Below, one piece after another: positions 8,394-17,783 of a DNA stretch of 64,000 nucleotides. The translations under genes were made by a program, and so were the position numbers. The stretch comes from Solirubrobacterales bacterium (GTDB taxonomy: Bacteria > Actinomycetota > Thermoleophilia > Solirubrobacterales > 70-9), in contig DASTNW010000063.1 in assembly GCA_035762685.1 (NCBI GenBank), positions 1,732-65,731 on the forward strand, in the 5' to 3' direction. How positions within the stretch are numbered: position 1 is the stretch's first letter; each line of letters opens with the position of its first letter. Below the pieces are notes generated by a model. The model had not been told where the DNA came from. It searched no databases and saw only the letters and a program-made list of their open reading frames with translations.

Positions 8394-8948
8394 TCAGCCG
8401 ATTCCGTATGTGCCGTTGGCGGCACCGTCGACCGTGAACGAGCCGACGATTTTGTAGCCGCTGATCGACCCCGAGAATTCCATTTCGGAGATCGCGGTCG
8501 GCGTGTTGAGCGTCACTGTGGTGTTGGTGACCGTTTTGTCGAGTTCGGTCGTCCCACAGCCAGCTTTGAAGGTCCGTTTGTTACGCCACCCTGTGATCGT
8601 CAGGTCGGTGGCGTTGACGTGGACCGTCCAGGGGAGGCCTTTCGCTTCGGAGCTGGCCAGTTCGCATTTGGCAAACGAGCCAAAGCCCGCCGGGCATTTT
8701 TTGGTTTCGAATTTGGTGATTTTCCCGGTGCTTCCGCCTTCGGTCGTGAGGGTCGCGTGTATTTCACAGGACATGCCGTTGCCTTCGGTCGTTTCGAACA
8801 CTTCGCCGCCCGTCAGGCCGATTTCGACGAATTTGGTGACGTTCACCCCTTTGTCTTTCCACACCGCCGCCAGGGCCAGCGCCGGGACCACGAGCACCAC
8901 GAGCGCCGCGATCCCGCCGGCGAGCAGCAGCCTCTTCTTGCCTTTCAT
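8394..8948 (-). CDS. secreted small beta-rich protein with four Cys
   Basis: Signal peptide MKGKKRLLLAGGIAALVVLVVPALALA. The mature part is Thr/Lys/Gly-rich with Cys at SCEIH, KKCPAG, AKCELA and AGCGTT. Visibly lower GC than its neighbours. Confidence 0.65.
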   Translation of the reverse strand: MKGKKRLLLAGGIAALVVLVVPALALAAVWKDKGVNVTKFVEIGLTGGEVFETTEGNGMSCEIHATLTTEGGSTGKITKFETKKCPAGFGSFAKCELASSEAKGLPWTVHVNATDLTITGWRNKRTFKAGCGTTELDKTVTNTTVTLNTPTAISEMEFSGSISGYKIVGSFTVDGAANGTYGIG

Positions 8949-9007
8949 CTCTCCCTTTCCATTGCATTGATGACCCGCAGGTCAAAATTTGGACAGGGAA
9001 GATAACG

Positions 9008-10048
9008 CTAGTCAAGCTTTTTAGACAAATGGGCCAGCCGGAGCGTGACCGGGAGCGACGCCGCTTCCGGAGAACCACCTGCAGGCACGTAAGTCACCGT
9101 CACCTTGACGCGGAGCTTGTGCTTCCGCCTCAGGACCGCGCGGGCGGCCTGAGTCGGCCTCAGGGTGATCGTCACCGTGCCCGCCTTGGGGGCTTTGACG
9201 TTCACCGGCTTGATCGCCTGCCAGGGCCCCTTGGCCTTGCTCGCACGGACCGCATTGGTCGGGGCGGCACTGCTGCCCTTTGCCGTCAGCGAGCCGGGGC
9301 CTGGGACGCGCACCTGCAGGGCCAGGGTGCCGTTGCTCCGGTTCGCTTTGGTCCGGCCGAGACTGAACTGCTTCGAGCGACCGGGCGGCGACTGCCCGGG
9401 CGGGACGGCGGAGATCGAGACCGCGTCGACGCCCGCGTTGAAGACCTCCTCGTGTGCCGCAGTGGCTATGCGCAGGCGCACCGTCTGACCGGCGAAGCCG
9501 CTGAGATCGGCCGTGATCCGGGTCGGCGGCATCGCCTTCGGACCGCCCGGCATGGTCCGGAAGAGCGTCAGGAGGACATCGGCTGGATCGACCGATTCGA
9601 GCGGGGCGGTCGGCCTGAGCACGTCGATCCGGTACTGCTGGTTGCGCTGTCCCCTCAGGACTTCGTCGTCGACCGCGAGGGTGTCCGGGGTCGGGACCGC
9701 AATCGGTTTGTCGGAGTTGTAGTAGGCGAGCAGGCTGAGCCAGTGGCTGCGGCCGGGCTCGAGGGCGATGTCCTGGTAGAGGACCAGCGTGTCGGGGTTG
9801 GCCTCGTCGGTGATCGCGGCATACGCGCCCTGGGGCGGGGCCTGGACAGGGTCGTCGCCCCTTTTGCTGCCGATCGGGGCATCGGTGCCTTTGTACGCGA
9901 ACCAGCTGCCCGCCTCGGTTGCCCGGCGCGCGTGCCACCCGCTCAGGGTCCCCGTCTCGAAATCGCCGTTGACCACGGTCGCCGCCGCGGCGCCGCCCGG
10001 CACCAGCAGCGCCAGAAGAGCGACGGCGATAAGGGCTATCCGGGTCAT
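9008..10048 (-). CDS. secreted protein with N-terminal NGDFE-type (carbohydrate-binding-module-like) domain
   Basis: Signal peptide MTRIALIAVALLALLVPGGAAAA, followed by VVNGDFETGTLSGWHA. The C-terminal part is an Ig-like segment. It lies 7 nt downstream of the beta-helix gene. Confidence 0.7.
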   Translation of the reverse strand: MTRIALIAVALLALLVPGGAAAATVVNGDFETGTLSGWHARRATEAGSWFAYKGTDAPIGSKRGDDPVQAPPQGAYAAITDEANPDTLVLYQDIALEPGRSHWLSLLAYYNSDKPIAVPTPDTLAVDDEVLRGQRNQQYRIDVLRPTAPLESVDPADVLLTLFRTMPGGPKAMPPTRITADLSGFAGQTVRLRIATAAHEEVFNAGVDAVSISAVPPGQSPPGRSKQFSLGRTKANRSNGTLALQVRVPGPGSLTAKGSSAAPTNAVRASKAKGPWQAIKPVNVKAPKAGTVTITLRPTQAARAVLRRKHKLRVKVTVTYVPAGGSPEAASLPVTLRLAHLSKKLD

Positions 10049-10055
10049 CCGCAGC

Positions 10056-12332
10056 TCAGCCCAGGACCGTGAACTTCCGTTTCGCCGGCGTCGCGTCGGC
10101 GTTGCCGGCCGGGTCGATCGCCCGCACCTCGAAGACGTGCTTGCCGAGCCCCAGGCCCTGATACCGCTTCGGTGAGGTACAGGCCCGGAACGGTCTGCCG
10201 TCGAGCCTGCACTGGAAGGTCGAGCTGGACTCGTCGGACTCGAACCGGAAGCGCGCGATGCGGCTCTTGGACTTCCGCTTCGGCGCCTTCACGATCTTCG
10301 TCTGCGGAGGGGCGGCGTCGGTAGCCACGCTCGCGCCGCCGAGGGGCCCGGCGCCGCCCGACTCGCCGGCGACCGTGGCGACGGCCAGCTCCGAGGTCCC
10401 ACCGGCTTCGCCCGTCTGCGTCGCCGCGACGATTCCCGCGACCGCCACGGCGGCGCCGTAGACCACTTTCCAGTTGCCTTCGGCGTCGGCGGTCGTTTCG
10501 CCTAGAAACGACTCCAGCTCGCCGGCCTCGGCGTTCTGCTTGCGGAAGACCCGTACCCTGGCGCCCGCCTCGGCGACACCGGTGGCACCGGTCTGGGTCG
10601 AGGTGGAGAACCCCGGGGGCTCGATCCCGTTGTTGGGGCCGTCCGGTTCGGTCGCCGGCGAGGCGGCGAGGAGGTCGATGAAGAGCCCGGCGTTGGCGGC
10701 CCCCCGGTTGCGAGCCACTTCGTTCACGGTCCCTTCGGTGTCGACGATCTCGATCGCGTCGCCGCCGCTGCCGACGATGACGTTTTCGTCCGCCGCAGCA
10801 TCGCCGCCGATCAGGTTTTCCGTCGAACCGAAGACGGTCGAGTTCTGGACCCGGATCCCGGCGCCGCCGGCTTCGGAGATCTCGTTGCCGAGGACTTCGT
10901 TGAGGTCGTTTTCGACCCGGACCCCGTTGATCCCGGGGCCCTCGAGGAGGTTGTCCTCGATCCGGTTGCCGTGCCCTCCGGTCAGGCCGGAGGTCGCGAT
11001 CCCGATTTCACCGCCGAAGATCTCGTTGTCGGCGATGGTCGCTCCGAAGCCCTGCTGGGAGATCGCGGCGCCGCCGTCCATCCTGATCTCGTTGTCGACG
11101 ATCGCCGCTTCGACGGCAGTGCTGGGAAGTTCGCCGGAGTCGACGGCGATTCCCTCGTCGGGCGGTGCCAGGGTCCCGGTCCCGGCGGCGTCGACGCCGA
11201 CCAGGTTGCCGCGAACGACGAGGTCGGGCGCGGCCGGGCCGGCGAGGATGCCGGCGCCGCCGCCGTTGATGCGGTTGGCATCGCTGGCTTTGGGGCCGCC
11301 GATCACGGTCTGCGCCGCCCCGCCGGCCCGGATCCCAGTCGCGACGTTCGGGACCGACGCGGTCCCGGTCGCGTTGAGGCCGATGTAGTTGCCGGCGATC
11401 GTCGTGGCGAGCGCCGGCGCCTCCTGCCCTCCCTCGCCTTCCAAGTCGACGCCGCTCGAGGTGGCGCCGGAGATCAGGTTGCAGCCACCGTCGCAGGCCG
11501 GGGTCGACACGGCTTTCGCGCTCACCCGGGTGCCGATCGAGTTGCCTACCGCCTCCAACGTTTCAAAGGAGGTGACCTCGACGTCCTCGCCGTTGGCGGC
11601 AAGGGTGGTCCCGTTCGGGCTGACTCCGAAGTAGTTGCCGAGGACTCGGACGTTGCTGACGCCGGAGAGGTCGAGTCCCTCGTCGGTGCTGTTGGCGAAG
11701 ACGTTCCCCGCTCCCTGCCCTTCGCCGCCGATGCGGCTGAAGTCCGAGCCCGGCGCCACGAAGGCCCCGGTCGTGTTGCCCCCCGCGACGCCGCTGAGCT
11801 TGACGCCGAACCAGCTACCGCGGACCCTGGCGAATTCGGAGCCTTTGATGCTGATGCCCACCTGGGCGCCGGTTACCGCCAGGCCTTCCACTTCGACGCC
11901 GTCGGCGTCTTCGATCGCCAGCGCCGGGCCCGTGCCGGGGCCGTCGACGCCTACGCAGGGGCCGGCGACCCCAGCGGCCGTGGGACATTCGCGGCCGTTG
12001 ATGCGAACGGGGTCGACCATCGTGGGCAGGCTGCTGCCGATGGTGATCGTGCTGGTGGCCCCTCCGTCGAAGGGGGGTTCTTCGAAGACGATTTCGTCGC
12101 TTTCGCCGACCGAACTGTTCGACTCTTCGATCGCCGCGCGAAGCGTGCATTTGGCGCCGGCCGTGAGGCATCCGTCGAGGCCAGGAGCGAGGTCGGTTTC
12201 GTCGGCGGCGCTGTCCACCGTGAAGACTTCGGCGCCGGCCGCTCCTGGCGCCAGGAGCGCGCAGACGAGCACGGCCAAGGCCACGGCAAGGGCCCGGCCC
12301 CGGCGTCTTTCCCCTGCCCGGTCGACCAGCAC
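10056..12332 (-). CDS. secreted right-handed parallel beta-helix repeat protein
   Basis: Signal-like N-terminus (ALAVALAVLVCALLAPGAAGA). Many periodic x-x-G-N/D-x-I/V-G turns (VLGNYFGV, IAGNYIGL, VRGNLVGV, IVDNEIRM, IADNEIFG, IEDNLLEG, VLGNEISE). C-terminal Ig-like domain (FQCRLDGRPFRACTSP...FEVRAIDPAGN). Confidence 0.75.
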   Translation of the reverse strand: MLVDRAGERRRGRALAVALAVLVCALLAPGAAGAEVFTVDSAADETDLAPGLDGCLTAGAKCTLRAAIEESNSSVGESDEIVFEEPPFDGGATSTITIGSSLPTMVDPVRINGRECPTAAGVAGPCVGVDGPGTGPALAIEDADGVEVEGLAVTGAQVGISIKGSEFARVRGSWFGVKLSGVAGGNTTGAFVAPGSDFSRIGGEGQGAGNVFANSTDEGLDLSGVSNVRVLGNYFGVSPNGTTLAANGEDVEVTSFETLEAVGNSIGTRVSAKAVSTPACDGGCNLISGATSSGVDLEGEGGQEAPALATTIAGNYIGLNATGTASVPNVATGIRAGGAAQTVIGGPKASDANRINGGGAGILAGPAAPDLVVRGNLVGVDAAGTGTLAPPDEGIAVDSGELPSTAVEAAIVDNEIRMDGGAAISQQGFGATIADNEIFGGEIGIATSGLTGGHGNRIEDNLLEGPGINGVRVENDLNEVLGNEISEAGGAGIRVQNSTVFGSTENLIGGDAAADENVIVGSGGDAIEIVDTEGTVNEVARNRGAANAGLFIDLLAASPATEPDGPNNGIEPPGFSTSTQTGATGVAEAGARVRVFRKQNAEAGELESFLGETTADAEGNWKVVYGAAVAVAGIVAATQTGEAGGTSELAVATVAGESGGAGPLGGASVATDAAPPQTKIVKAPKRKSKSRIARFRFESDESSSTFQCRLDGRPFRACTSPKRYQGLGLGKHVFEVRAIDPAGNADATPAKRKFTVLG

Positions 12333-12377
12333 GCGGCGACTCTAACCGCCGCCAGGTCGATGAGCAACTTTTTTCGT

Positions 12378-12782
12378 TCAGTCGGAGGTGCCCTGAATGG
12401 AGGGAGATTCCTCCGCCGGGTCCATCGGGTGCAGCTCGCCCTTCGTCAGGGCCTCGGTGCGGAGGTGCGCGATCGACTGGTACTCCGGAGAGGCGATCAT
12501 GTCGAGGAAGGCCTGACGGGTGGGGTATTCGACCAGGGCGACGAGGTCCCAGGAGCCGTCGCCGAGCAGCGCCTGGGCCGGAGACCCCGCCCAGACGATG
12601 CGGCCACCTGCCCGATCGAGCAGGGGAGCGACGGCGGCGCCGTATTCCATGTAGCGCTCCTGGCCACCGTCGGGCTTGAAAGCGAGGAGGTTCAGCATCA
12701 CCACCGGACCGGTCTCGCCGGTCCGCTCCGAGAATGCCGTGAATCCCCCCTGGTTCAGCCGCTCGGGCTGGGCCGCCTCCAC
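12378..12782 (-). CDS. DUF1330 domain protein
   Basis: VVMLNLLAFKPDGG...YGAAVAPLL...GSWDLVALVEYPTRQAFLDMIASPEYQ matches the DUF1330 pattern. GTG start overlaps the upstream stop by 1 nt. Confidence 0.7.
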   Translation of the reverse strand: MEAAQPERLNQGGFTAFSERTGETGPVVMLNLLAFKPDGGQERYMEYGAAVAPLLDRAGGRIVWAGSPAQALLGDGSWDLVALVEYPTRQAFLDMIASPEYQSIAHLRTEALTKGELHPMDPAEESPSIQGTSD

Positions 12783-13060
12783 TAGTTCTCTTCCCGGGCC
12801 GGGTCGTCGCCGGGCCAGGCCCCCGTCAGGGCGGCGAAGCCCTTGCGCGCGCCGCGATCGGTGAGGCCTTTGACGAGGCGGAAGATCGCCCCCTCGATCG
12901 CCAGCGCCGCCAGCAGCTTCGGGACCGGTGCCGCGCGGTCGCCCGGCTCGGGCGGCTCCTCGTCGTCGATCACCGCCCAGAGGCGCTCGAAGGCCTTCTG
13001 GGCGGCGAGACCGGCGATCAGCCCGGCCGCGATACCGATCGGCGCGAAGAGGAACTTCAT
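12782..13060 (-). CDS. DUF4235-like small membrane-associated protein
   Basis: MKFLFAPIGIAAGLIAGLAAQKAFERLW... followed by a second amphipathic helix, the typical DUF4235 layout. Confidence 0.55.
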   Translation of the reverse strand: MKFLFAPIGIAAGLIAGLAAQKAFERLWAVIDDEEPPEPGDRAAPVPKLLAALAIEGAIFRLVKGLTDRGARKGFAALTGAWPGDDPAREEN

Positions 13061-13112
13061 GGCGCCAGCCTACTCCTGCGAACTCGACGACAAACGACCG
13101 GCGCGCGAGGAA

Positions 13113-13916
13113 TCAGCCTCCGAGCCACTCCTTGACCCGACCGCCGCCGGAAAGGGGCGAGAAATCACCCTGGTCGCGCATCGCTTCGGCAGCCGAGGCC
13201 ACCGCCGCGAAGGCGGTCCAGGCGAGGCCGCTGCCGACGCTGACCCGCTGCGCCCCCGCCTCCACTATCTCCTTCATGTCCAGCCCCCGGAAGGCGAGCA
13301 CGTTGACGGGGAGGCTGGTTGCCTCGCAGACCGTGCGGACCTCCTCGCCGCTGCCCAGGCCCGGCGCGTAGAGCACGTCCGCGCCGACGGCCTCGTAGGC
13401 CTGCAGGCGGGCGACCGTGTCATCGAGGTCGGGGTTGCCGCGAATGTGGTTCTCGGCCCGAGCGGTGAAGGTGAACGGGAAATCGAGCCGCCGTGCGGCC
13501 TCTGCCGCAGCGGCGACGCGCTCGACGGCGTGCGTGAGCTCGTAGAGCCTCCCCTCGGGGTCGAAGTCCTCGATAGAGCCACCCACCGCGCCCGCCGCCG
13601 CCGCCCGCTCGATCGCCGCGGCGGCGTCCTCGGGCGCGGGCCCATAGCCGTTCTCGAGATCGACGGAGAGCGGCAGTTCGGTCGCCCGGTCGAGCGCGCG
13701 CACGTGGTCGACGACCTCGTCGAGGGTCGCTTCGCCGTCCGGCCTGCCAAGGGCGAATGCCAGGGCGGCGCTGCTGCTCGCCAGCGCCTGGAACCCGAGC
13801 GATTCGAGCAGCCTGGCCGAACCCACGTCCCAGGGATTCGGGATCAGGAACGGGTCGCCCTCGTGCAATGCCCGGAAACGGGCCCCCTTCTCGCTCTGAC
13901 TCGCCCCCACCGGCAC
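13113..13916 (-). CDS. isocitrate lyase/PEP mutase family enzyme (2-methylisocitrate-lyase-like)
   Basis: FRALHEGDPFLIPNPWDVGSARLLESLGFQAL...LSVDLENGYG. The track ORF extends to 14030. GTG at 13916 or 13910 gives the usual N-terminus. Start uncertain. Confidence 0.7.
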   Translation of the reverse strand: MPVGASQSEKGARFRALHEGDPFLIPNPWDVGSARLLESLGFQALASSSAALAFALGRPDGEATLDEVVDHVRALDRATELPLSVDLENGYGPAPEDAAAAIERAAAAGAVGGSIEDFDPEGRLYELTHAVERVAAAAEAARRLDFPFTFTARAENHIRGNPDLDDTVARLQAYEAVGADVLYAPGLGSGEEVRTVCEATSLPVNVLAFRGLDMKEIVEAGAQRVSVGSGLAWTAFAAVASAAEAMRDQGDFSPLSGGGRVKEWLGG

Positions 13917-14202
13917 AACATAAGCCCGGAAGCCATGCGGCGCTGGCGCGTTCCCGACATCACAACGCGAAACCGACCGCACTTGGCGGCCGGTCGCGAG
14001 TGGCCCGATTCCCCCGACGGGCCGACACACATAGAGATACGCATCCCTCCTCCCTGTGGTGATCCCCAGAAGCGAAGCCAGGTGGCTCTGCGACTTCTGC
14101 CATCACCGGAGAGACTCGCGGGCAATCTAGTCGATTGCGACGATTGGATCAATCCTTAAAATTGATTAGGCCGTTTGCGGAGCGGAAACGGCCCAAGCGG
14201 GC

Positions 14203-16284
14203 TCAGCCGAGGACCGGCTGGCCCGAGGGCAGCGCCGCCAGCACCCGCTCGGCCACCGACTCGCCGGTGAGCCCCGCCTCGGCCCGCAGCAGCGCCGGCT
14301 TGCCGTGGGTGACGTAGCGGTCGGGGAGGCCGACGCGGAGGACGCGTGCCCTCTCCCCCGGTCCGTCGGCGAACGCGTCCTCGAGGTGCTCCAGCACCGC
14401 GGCGCCGAAACCACCCGGCAGCACGTTCTCCTCGATCGTCACGACCAGGTCGTGCTCGCGCGCGAGCCGCTCGGCCAGCTCACCGTCGAGCGGCTTGGCG
14501 AAGCGGGCGTCGGCAACCGTCGCCTCCAGGCCGTGGCCGGCGAGGACCGCGGCGGCCTCGAGGGCCACGGCGACGCCGTATCCGTAGCCGAGCAGCGCCA
14601 CCCGCTCCCCCTCGGCCAAGACCTCGCCGCAGCCGAGCGGGACCGTCTCGGGCTTACCCGGCAGCTCCGTCCCCTCCCCGACGCCGCGCGGGTAGCGCAG
14701 CGCCACCGGGCCGTCGTGGGCGATGGCGGTGTGCAGCATGTGGACCAACATCGCCTCGTCGCGCGGCGCCATCACCACCACGTTGGGCAGCGGGCGGAAG
14801 TAGGAGACGTCGAAGGCCCCGTGATGGGTCGGGCCGTCATCGCCGACCAGGCCCGCGCGGTCCATCGCGAAGGTGACGTCCAGCTCCTGTAGGCAGACGT
14901 CGTGGACGATCTGGTCGTAGGCGCGCTGGAGGAAGGTCGAGTAGATCGCGCAGACGGGCTTGGCTCCCTGCAGGGCCAGGCCGGAGGCGAGCAGGACCGC
15001 GTTCTGCTCGGCGATGCCGACGTCGTAGTACTGCTCGGGCACCTCGTCGGCGAGCTTCTGCAGGCCGGTCCCCCCCGCCATCGCCGCGGTGATCCCGATC
15101 ACCCGCTCGTCGCGCTCGGCCTCGGCCACCATCGCGTCGGCGAAGACCTGCGTGTACTGCGGCGGTGCCCCGGCGGCCGGCGGCCGCTCCAGCATCTCCG
15201 GCGCGATCGCGTCCGGCGAGTCGGTTTCCGTCACCGGCACCGGCCGATGGGCCGATTTCCCACCCACTGCGTGGGTTTTAGGCCCGTCGGCCCCTGCGGG
15301 TTTGCCGTTGACGATCGAGTTGGGCTTGGCGGCGTGCCATTGCTCCATCGACTCCAGGCCGCCTTCTTCGGCGGGGGCGAAGCCCTTGCCCTTGACGGTG
15401 TGGATGTGGACGACGACCGGGCGGTCGGCGTCGAAGGCCTCGCGCAGCGCCCCGCGCAGCGCGTGCACGTCGTGGCCGTCGATCACCCCCATGTAGGCGA
15501 GGTCGAGCTCCTCGAAGAAGAGGCCCGGCGCCCAGTAGGCCTTGAGCGCCGACTTGATCTCCGGGCCGAGCCGCTCGATCCGCCGCCCCAGCCCCAGCGG
15601 CAGCTTGGTCAGCCGGTCCTCTACCCCCTCGCGCGCGTGGAAGAGGCGGGGGTTGAGACGGATCCGGTTGAAGTAGCGGGAGAGGGCACCGACGTTGGGG
15701 GAGATCGACATCCCGTTGTCGTTGAGGACGATCACGACCGGCGTCTGCAGGCCCCCGGCCGCGTGCAGCGCCTCGTAAGCGACGCCGCCGGTGAGGGCGC
15801 CGTCGCCGATCACCGCGGCGACGCGGCCGTCCTCGCCGATCCCCTTGCGCATCGCCTCCTTCAGCCCGACCGCGTACCCGATCGAGGTCGAGGCGTGGCC
15901 GGCGCCCATGATGTCGTGCTCGGACTCGGCGATCGAGCAGAACGGGGCCAGCCCCTCGTACTGGCGGATCGTCGGCAGCTCCTCGCGCCGGCCGGTCAGC
16001 ACCTTGTGCGGGTAGGCCTGGTGGCCGACGTCCCAGAGCACCTTGTCGCGCGGCGATTCGAGCAGGCTGTGCAGGGCGACCGCGAGCTCGCAGGTGCCGA
16101 GGTTGGCGCCGAAGTGGCCGCCGATCTCGCCGATCGTGTCGATGATGTATGTGCGCATCTCCTGCGCGACCTGCTGCAGTTGCTCGTCGTCGAGACCGTG
16201 CAGGTCGGCGGGCCTGTCGATCCCGGCCAGCAGCGCTTCGGTGTTGTCGTCTTCTCTGCCCTGGGTGGGGGGCTGTTCGCTCAT
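14203..16284 (-). CDS. dxs: 1-deoxy-D-xylulose-5-phosphate synthase
   Basis: GHFGANLGTCELAVALH, a TPP-binding GDGALTGG motif, and full-length transketolase-like architecture (693 aa). ATGA overlap with ispA. Confidence 0.95.
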   Translation of the reverse strand: MSEQPPTQGREDDNTEALLAGIDRPADLHGLDDEQLQQVAQEMRTYIIDTIGEIGGHFGANLGTCELAVALHSLLESPRDKVLWDVGHQAYPHKVLTGRREELPTIRQYEGLAPFCSIAESEHDIMGAGHASTSIGYAVGLKEAMRKGIGEDGRVAAVIGDGALTGGVAYEALHAAGGLQTPVVIVLNDNGMSISPNVGALSRYFNRIRLNPRLFHAREGVEDRLTKLPLGLGRRIERLGPEIKSALKAYWAPGLFFEELDLAYMGVIDGHDVHALRGALREAFDADRPVVVHIHTVKGKGFAPAEEGGLESMEQWHAAKPNSIVNGKPAGADGPKTHAVGGKSAHRPVPVTETDSPDAIAPEMLERPPAAGAPPQYTQVFADAMVAEAERDERVIGITAAMAGGTGLQKLADEVPEQYYDVGIAEQNAVLLASGLALQGAKPVCAIYSTFLQRAYDQIVHDVCLQELDVTFAMDRAGLVGDDGPTHHGAFDVSYFRPLPNVVVMAPRDEAMLVHMLHTAIAHDGPVALRYPRGVGEGTELPGKPETVPLGCGEVLAEGERVALLGYGYGVAVALEAAAVLAGHGLEATVADARFAKPLDGELAERLAREHDLVVTIEENVLPGGFGAAVLEHLEDAFADGPGERARVLRVGLPDRYVTHGKPALLRAEAGLTGESVAERVLAALPSGQPVLG

Positions 16285-17144
16285 TCGTTCCTCGTGAAGA
16301 TGTAGTCGGCCACGCGCTTCAGGTCGTCCGTCTGCCCCGTTGCCTCGGCCAGTGCCGCGCTCGCCTTGGCGTGGGACTCCGCCGCCAGCTCGCGGGCCCG
16401 GTCGAGCCCGAAGAGGCTGACGTAGGTGAGTTTGCCATGTCGCTCGTCGCTTCCATGTGGCTTGCCGAGCCGCTCGTCGCTCTCGGTCACGTCGAGGATG
16501 TCGTCGACGATCTGGAAGAGCACCCCAAGCTCGTCGGCAAAACGGCGATAGGGCATTGTCTCAGGTTCTCCGAGTCCCTCCAGCACCAGTACGACGCCGA
16601 CGCTGGCGGCGATCAGGCGACCGGTCTTGAGCGCGTGCAGGCCGCGCAGGCCGGCCGCATCGTCCTCACCGCCGACGACGTCGACGTACTGGCCGCCGAC
16701 CATGCCGTCGACGCCGGTGGCGCCGGCCAGCTCGCGCAGCGCCGCCAGCACCCGGGCCGGGTCGCCGGGCTGCTCGCAGAACAGCCGCACCGCCTCGGCG
16801 AAGAGGCCGTCCCCGGCGAGGATCGCGACGTCCTCGCCGTACCTGACGTGGGAGGTCGGCTGGCCGCGCCGCAGCTCGTCGTCGTCCATCGCCGGCAGGT
16901 CGTCGTGGATCAGCGAGTAGGTGTGGACCAGCTCGATCGCGCAGGCGACCGGCAGGAAGCGCTCGAGCTCGGCGCCGAGGGCGCGGGCCGTGGCCAGGGC
17001 GAGGACCGGGCGCACGCGCTTGCCGCCAGCCAGCAGCGAGTAGCGCATTGCCTCCTCCAACCCGCTCGTCGACTCGGCACTCGAGAAACGCAGGCGGTCG
17101 AGAGCGCCATCGACCATCGAGCGCAGGTCCTCCGGGTAGCTCAT
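16281..17144 (-). CDS. ispA: short-chain polyprenyl (farnesyl/geranylgeranyl) diphosphate synthase
   Basis: First Asp-rich motif LIHDDLPAMDDDELRRG and second motif FQIVDDILD. Sits directly upstream of dxs. Confidence 0.85.
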   Translation of the reverse strand: MSYPEDLRSMVDGALDRLRFSSAESTSGLEEAMRYSLLAGGKRVRPVLALATARALGAELERFLPVACAIELVHTYSLIHDDLPAMDDDELRRGQPTSHVRYGEDVAILAGDGLFAEAVRLFCEQPGDPARVLAALRELAGATGVDGMVGGQYVDVVGGEDDAAGLRGLHALKTGRLIAASVGVVLVLEGLGEPETMPYRRFADELGVLFQIVDDILDVTESDERLGKPHGSDERHGKLTYVSLFGLDRARELAAESHAKASAALAEATGQTDDLKRVADYIFTRNE

Positions 17145-17205
17145 GAAAGTCGCTGGGCCTTTTGTTCGCTATAGGGACAAAAGGACCAACAACTTCGGCC
17201 GGCGC

Positions 17206-17376
17206 TCACTCCTGGCTCGCCTCGCGGGCCTGCCGGTTCGCCTCCTCGACCGCCTCGGCGGAGAGGTCGGCGGCCTCGGTTGCCAGCGCGGCGGCGCGCT
17301 CGTCGCTCGCCTCGCCCTCCAGCTCGGCCGCGATCTGGCGCAGCCGCTCGGCGATCTCGCGCAGGCGAGAGCTCAT
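17206..17376 (-). CDS. 56-aa helical protein not in the ORF track (xseB-like position)
   Basis: Hand translation: MSSRLREIAERLRQIAAELEGEASDERAAALATEAADLSAEAVEEANRQAREASQE. 54 of 57 third positions are G/C. Its ATG overlaps the nusB stop (ATGA at 17373-17376). Confidence 0.45.
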   Translation of the reverse strand: MSSRLREIAERLRQIAAELEGEASDERAAALATEAADLSAEAVEEANRQAREASQE

Positions 17377-17750
17377 TTCGCCGGCTCCCGCTCGCGCACG
17401 ATCGCGCCGAGGATGCCGTTGATGAACCCGGGGGCGTCGGCGCCGCAGTACTCCTTGGCGATCTCGACCGCCTCGTCGATCGCGACCTCGTGCGGCACCT
17501 CGCCGTGCTCGATCTCGTACAGCGCCACCCGCATCACGTTGAGGTCGAGCGGGGCGATGCGGTCGACCGACCAGCCCTTGGCGTATTCGGAGATCGTCTC
17601 GTCCAGCTCTTCGCGCTCGGCGTCGACGCCCTCCGCCAGCGCCCGGGTCAGCGGCCGCGTGCCGGCGATCAGCTCCTCCAGCGGACGGCCGGTGACGTCC
17701 CGCTGGTAGCTGGCGAAGACGGCGTCGCGGCGTTGGTCGGACCTGCGCAT
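17373..17750 (-). CDS. nusB: transcription antitermination factor NusB
   Basis: LNVMRVALYEIEHGEVPHEVAIDEAVEIAKEY...FINGILG is the NusB signature. Sits downstream of efp, as in many bacteria. Confidence 0.9.
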   Translation of the reverse strand: MRRSDQRRDAVFASYQRDVTGRPLEELIAGTRPLTRALAEGVDAEREELDETISEYAKGWSVDRIAPLDLNVMRVALYEIEHGEVPHEVAIDEAVEIAKEYCGADAPGFINGILGAIVREREPAK

Positions 17751-17783
17751 CGGCCTATTCTCGCGCTTTCGGCGGGCGGCAAG

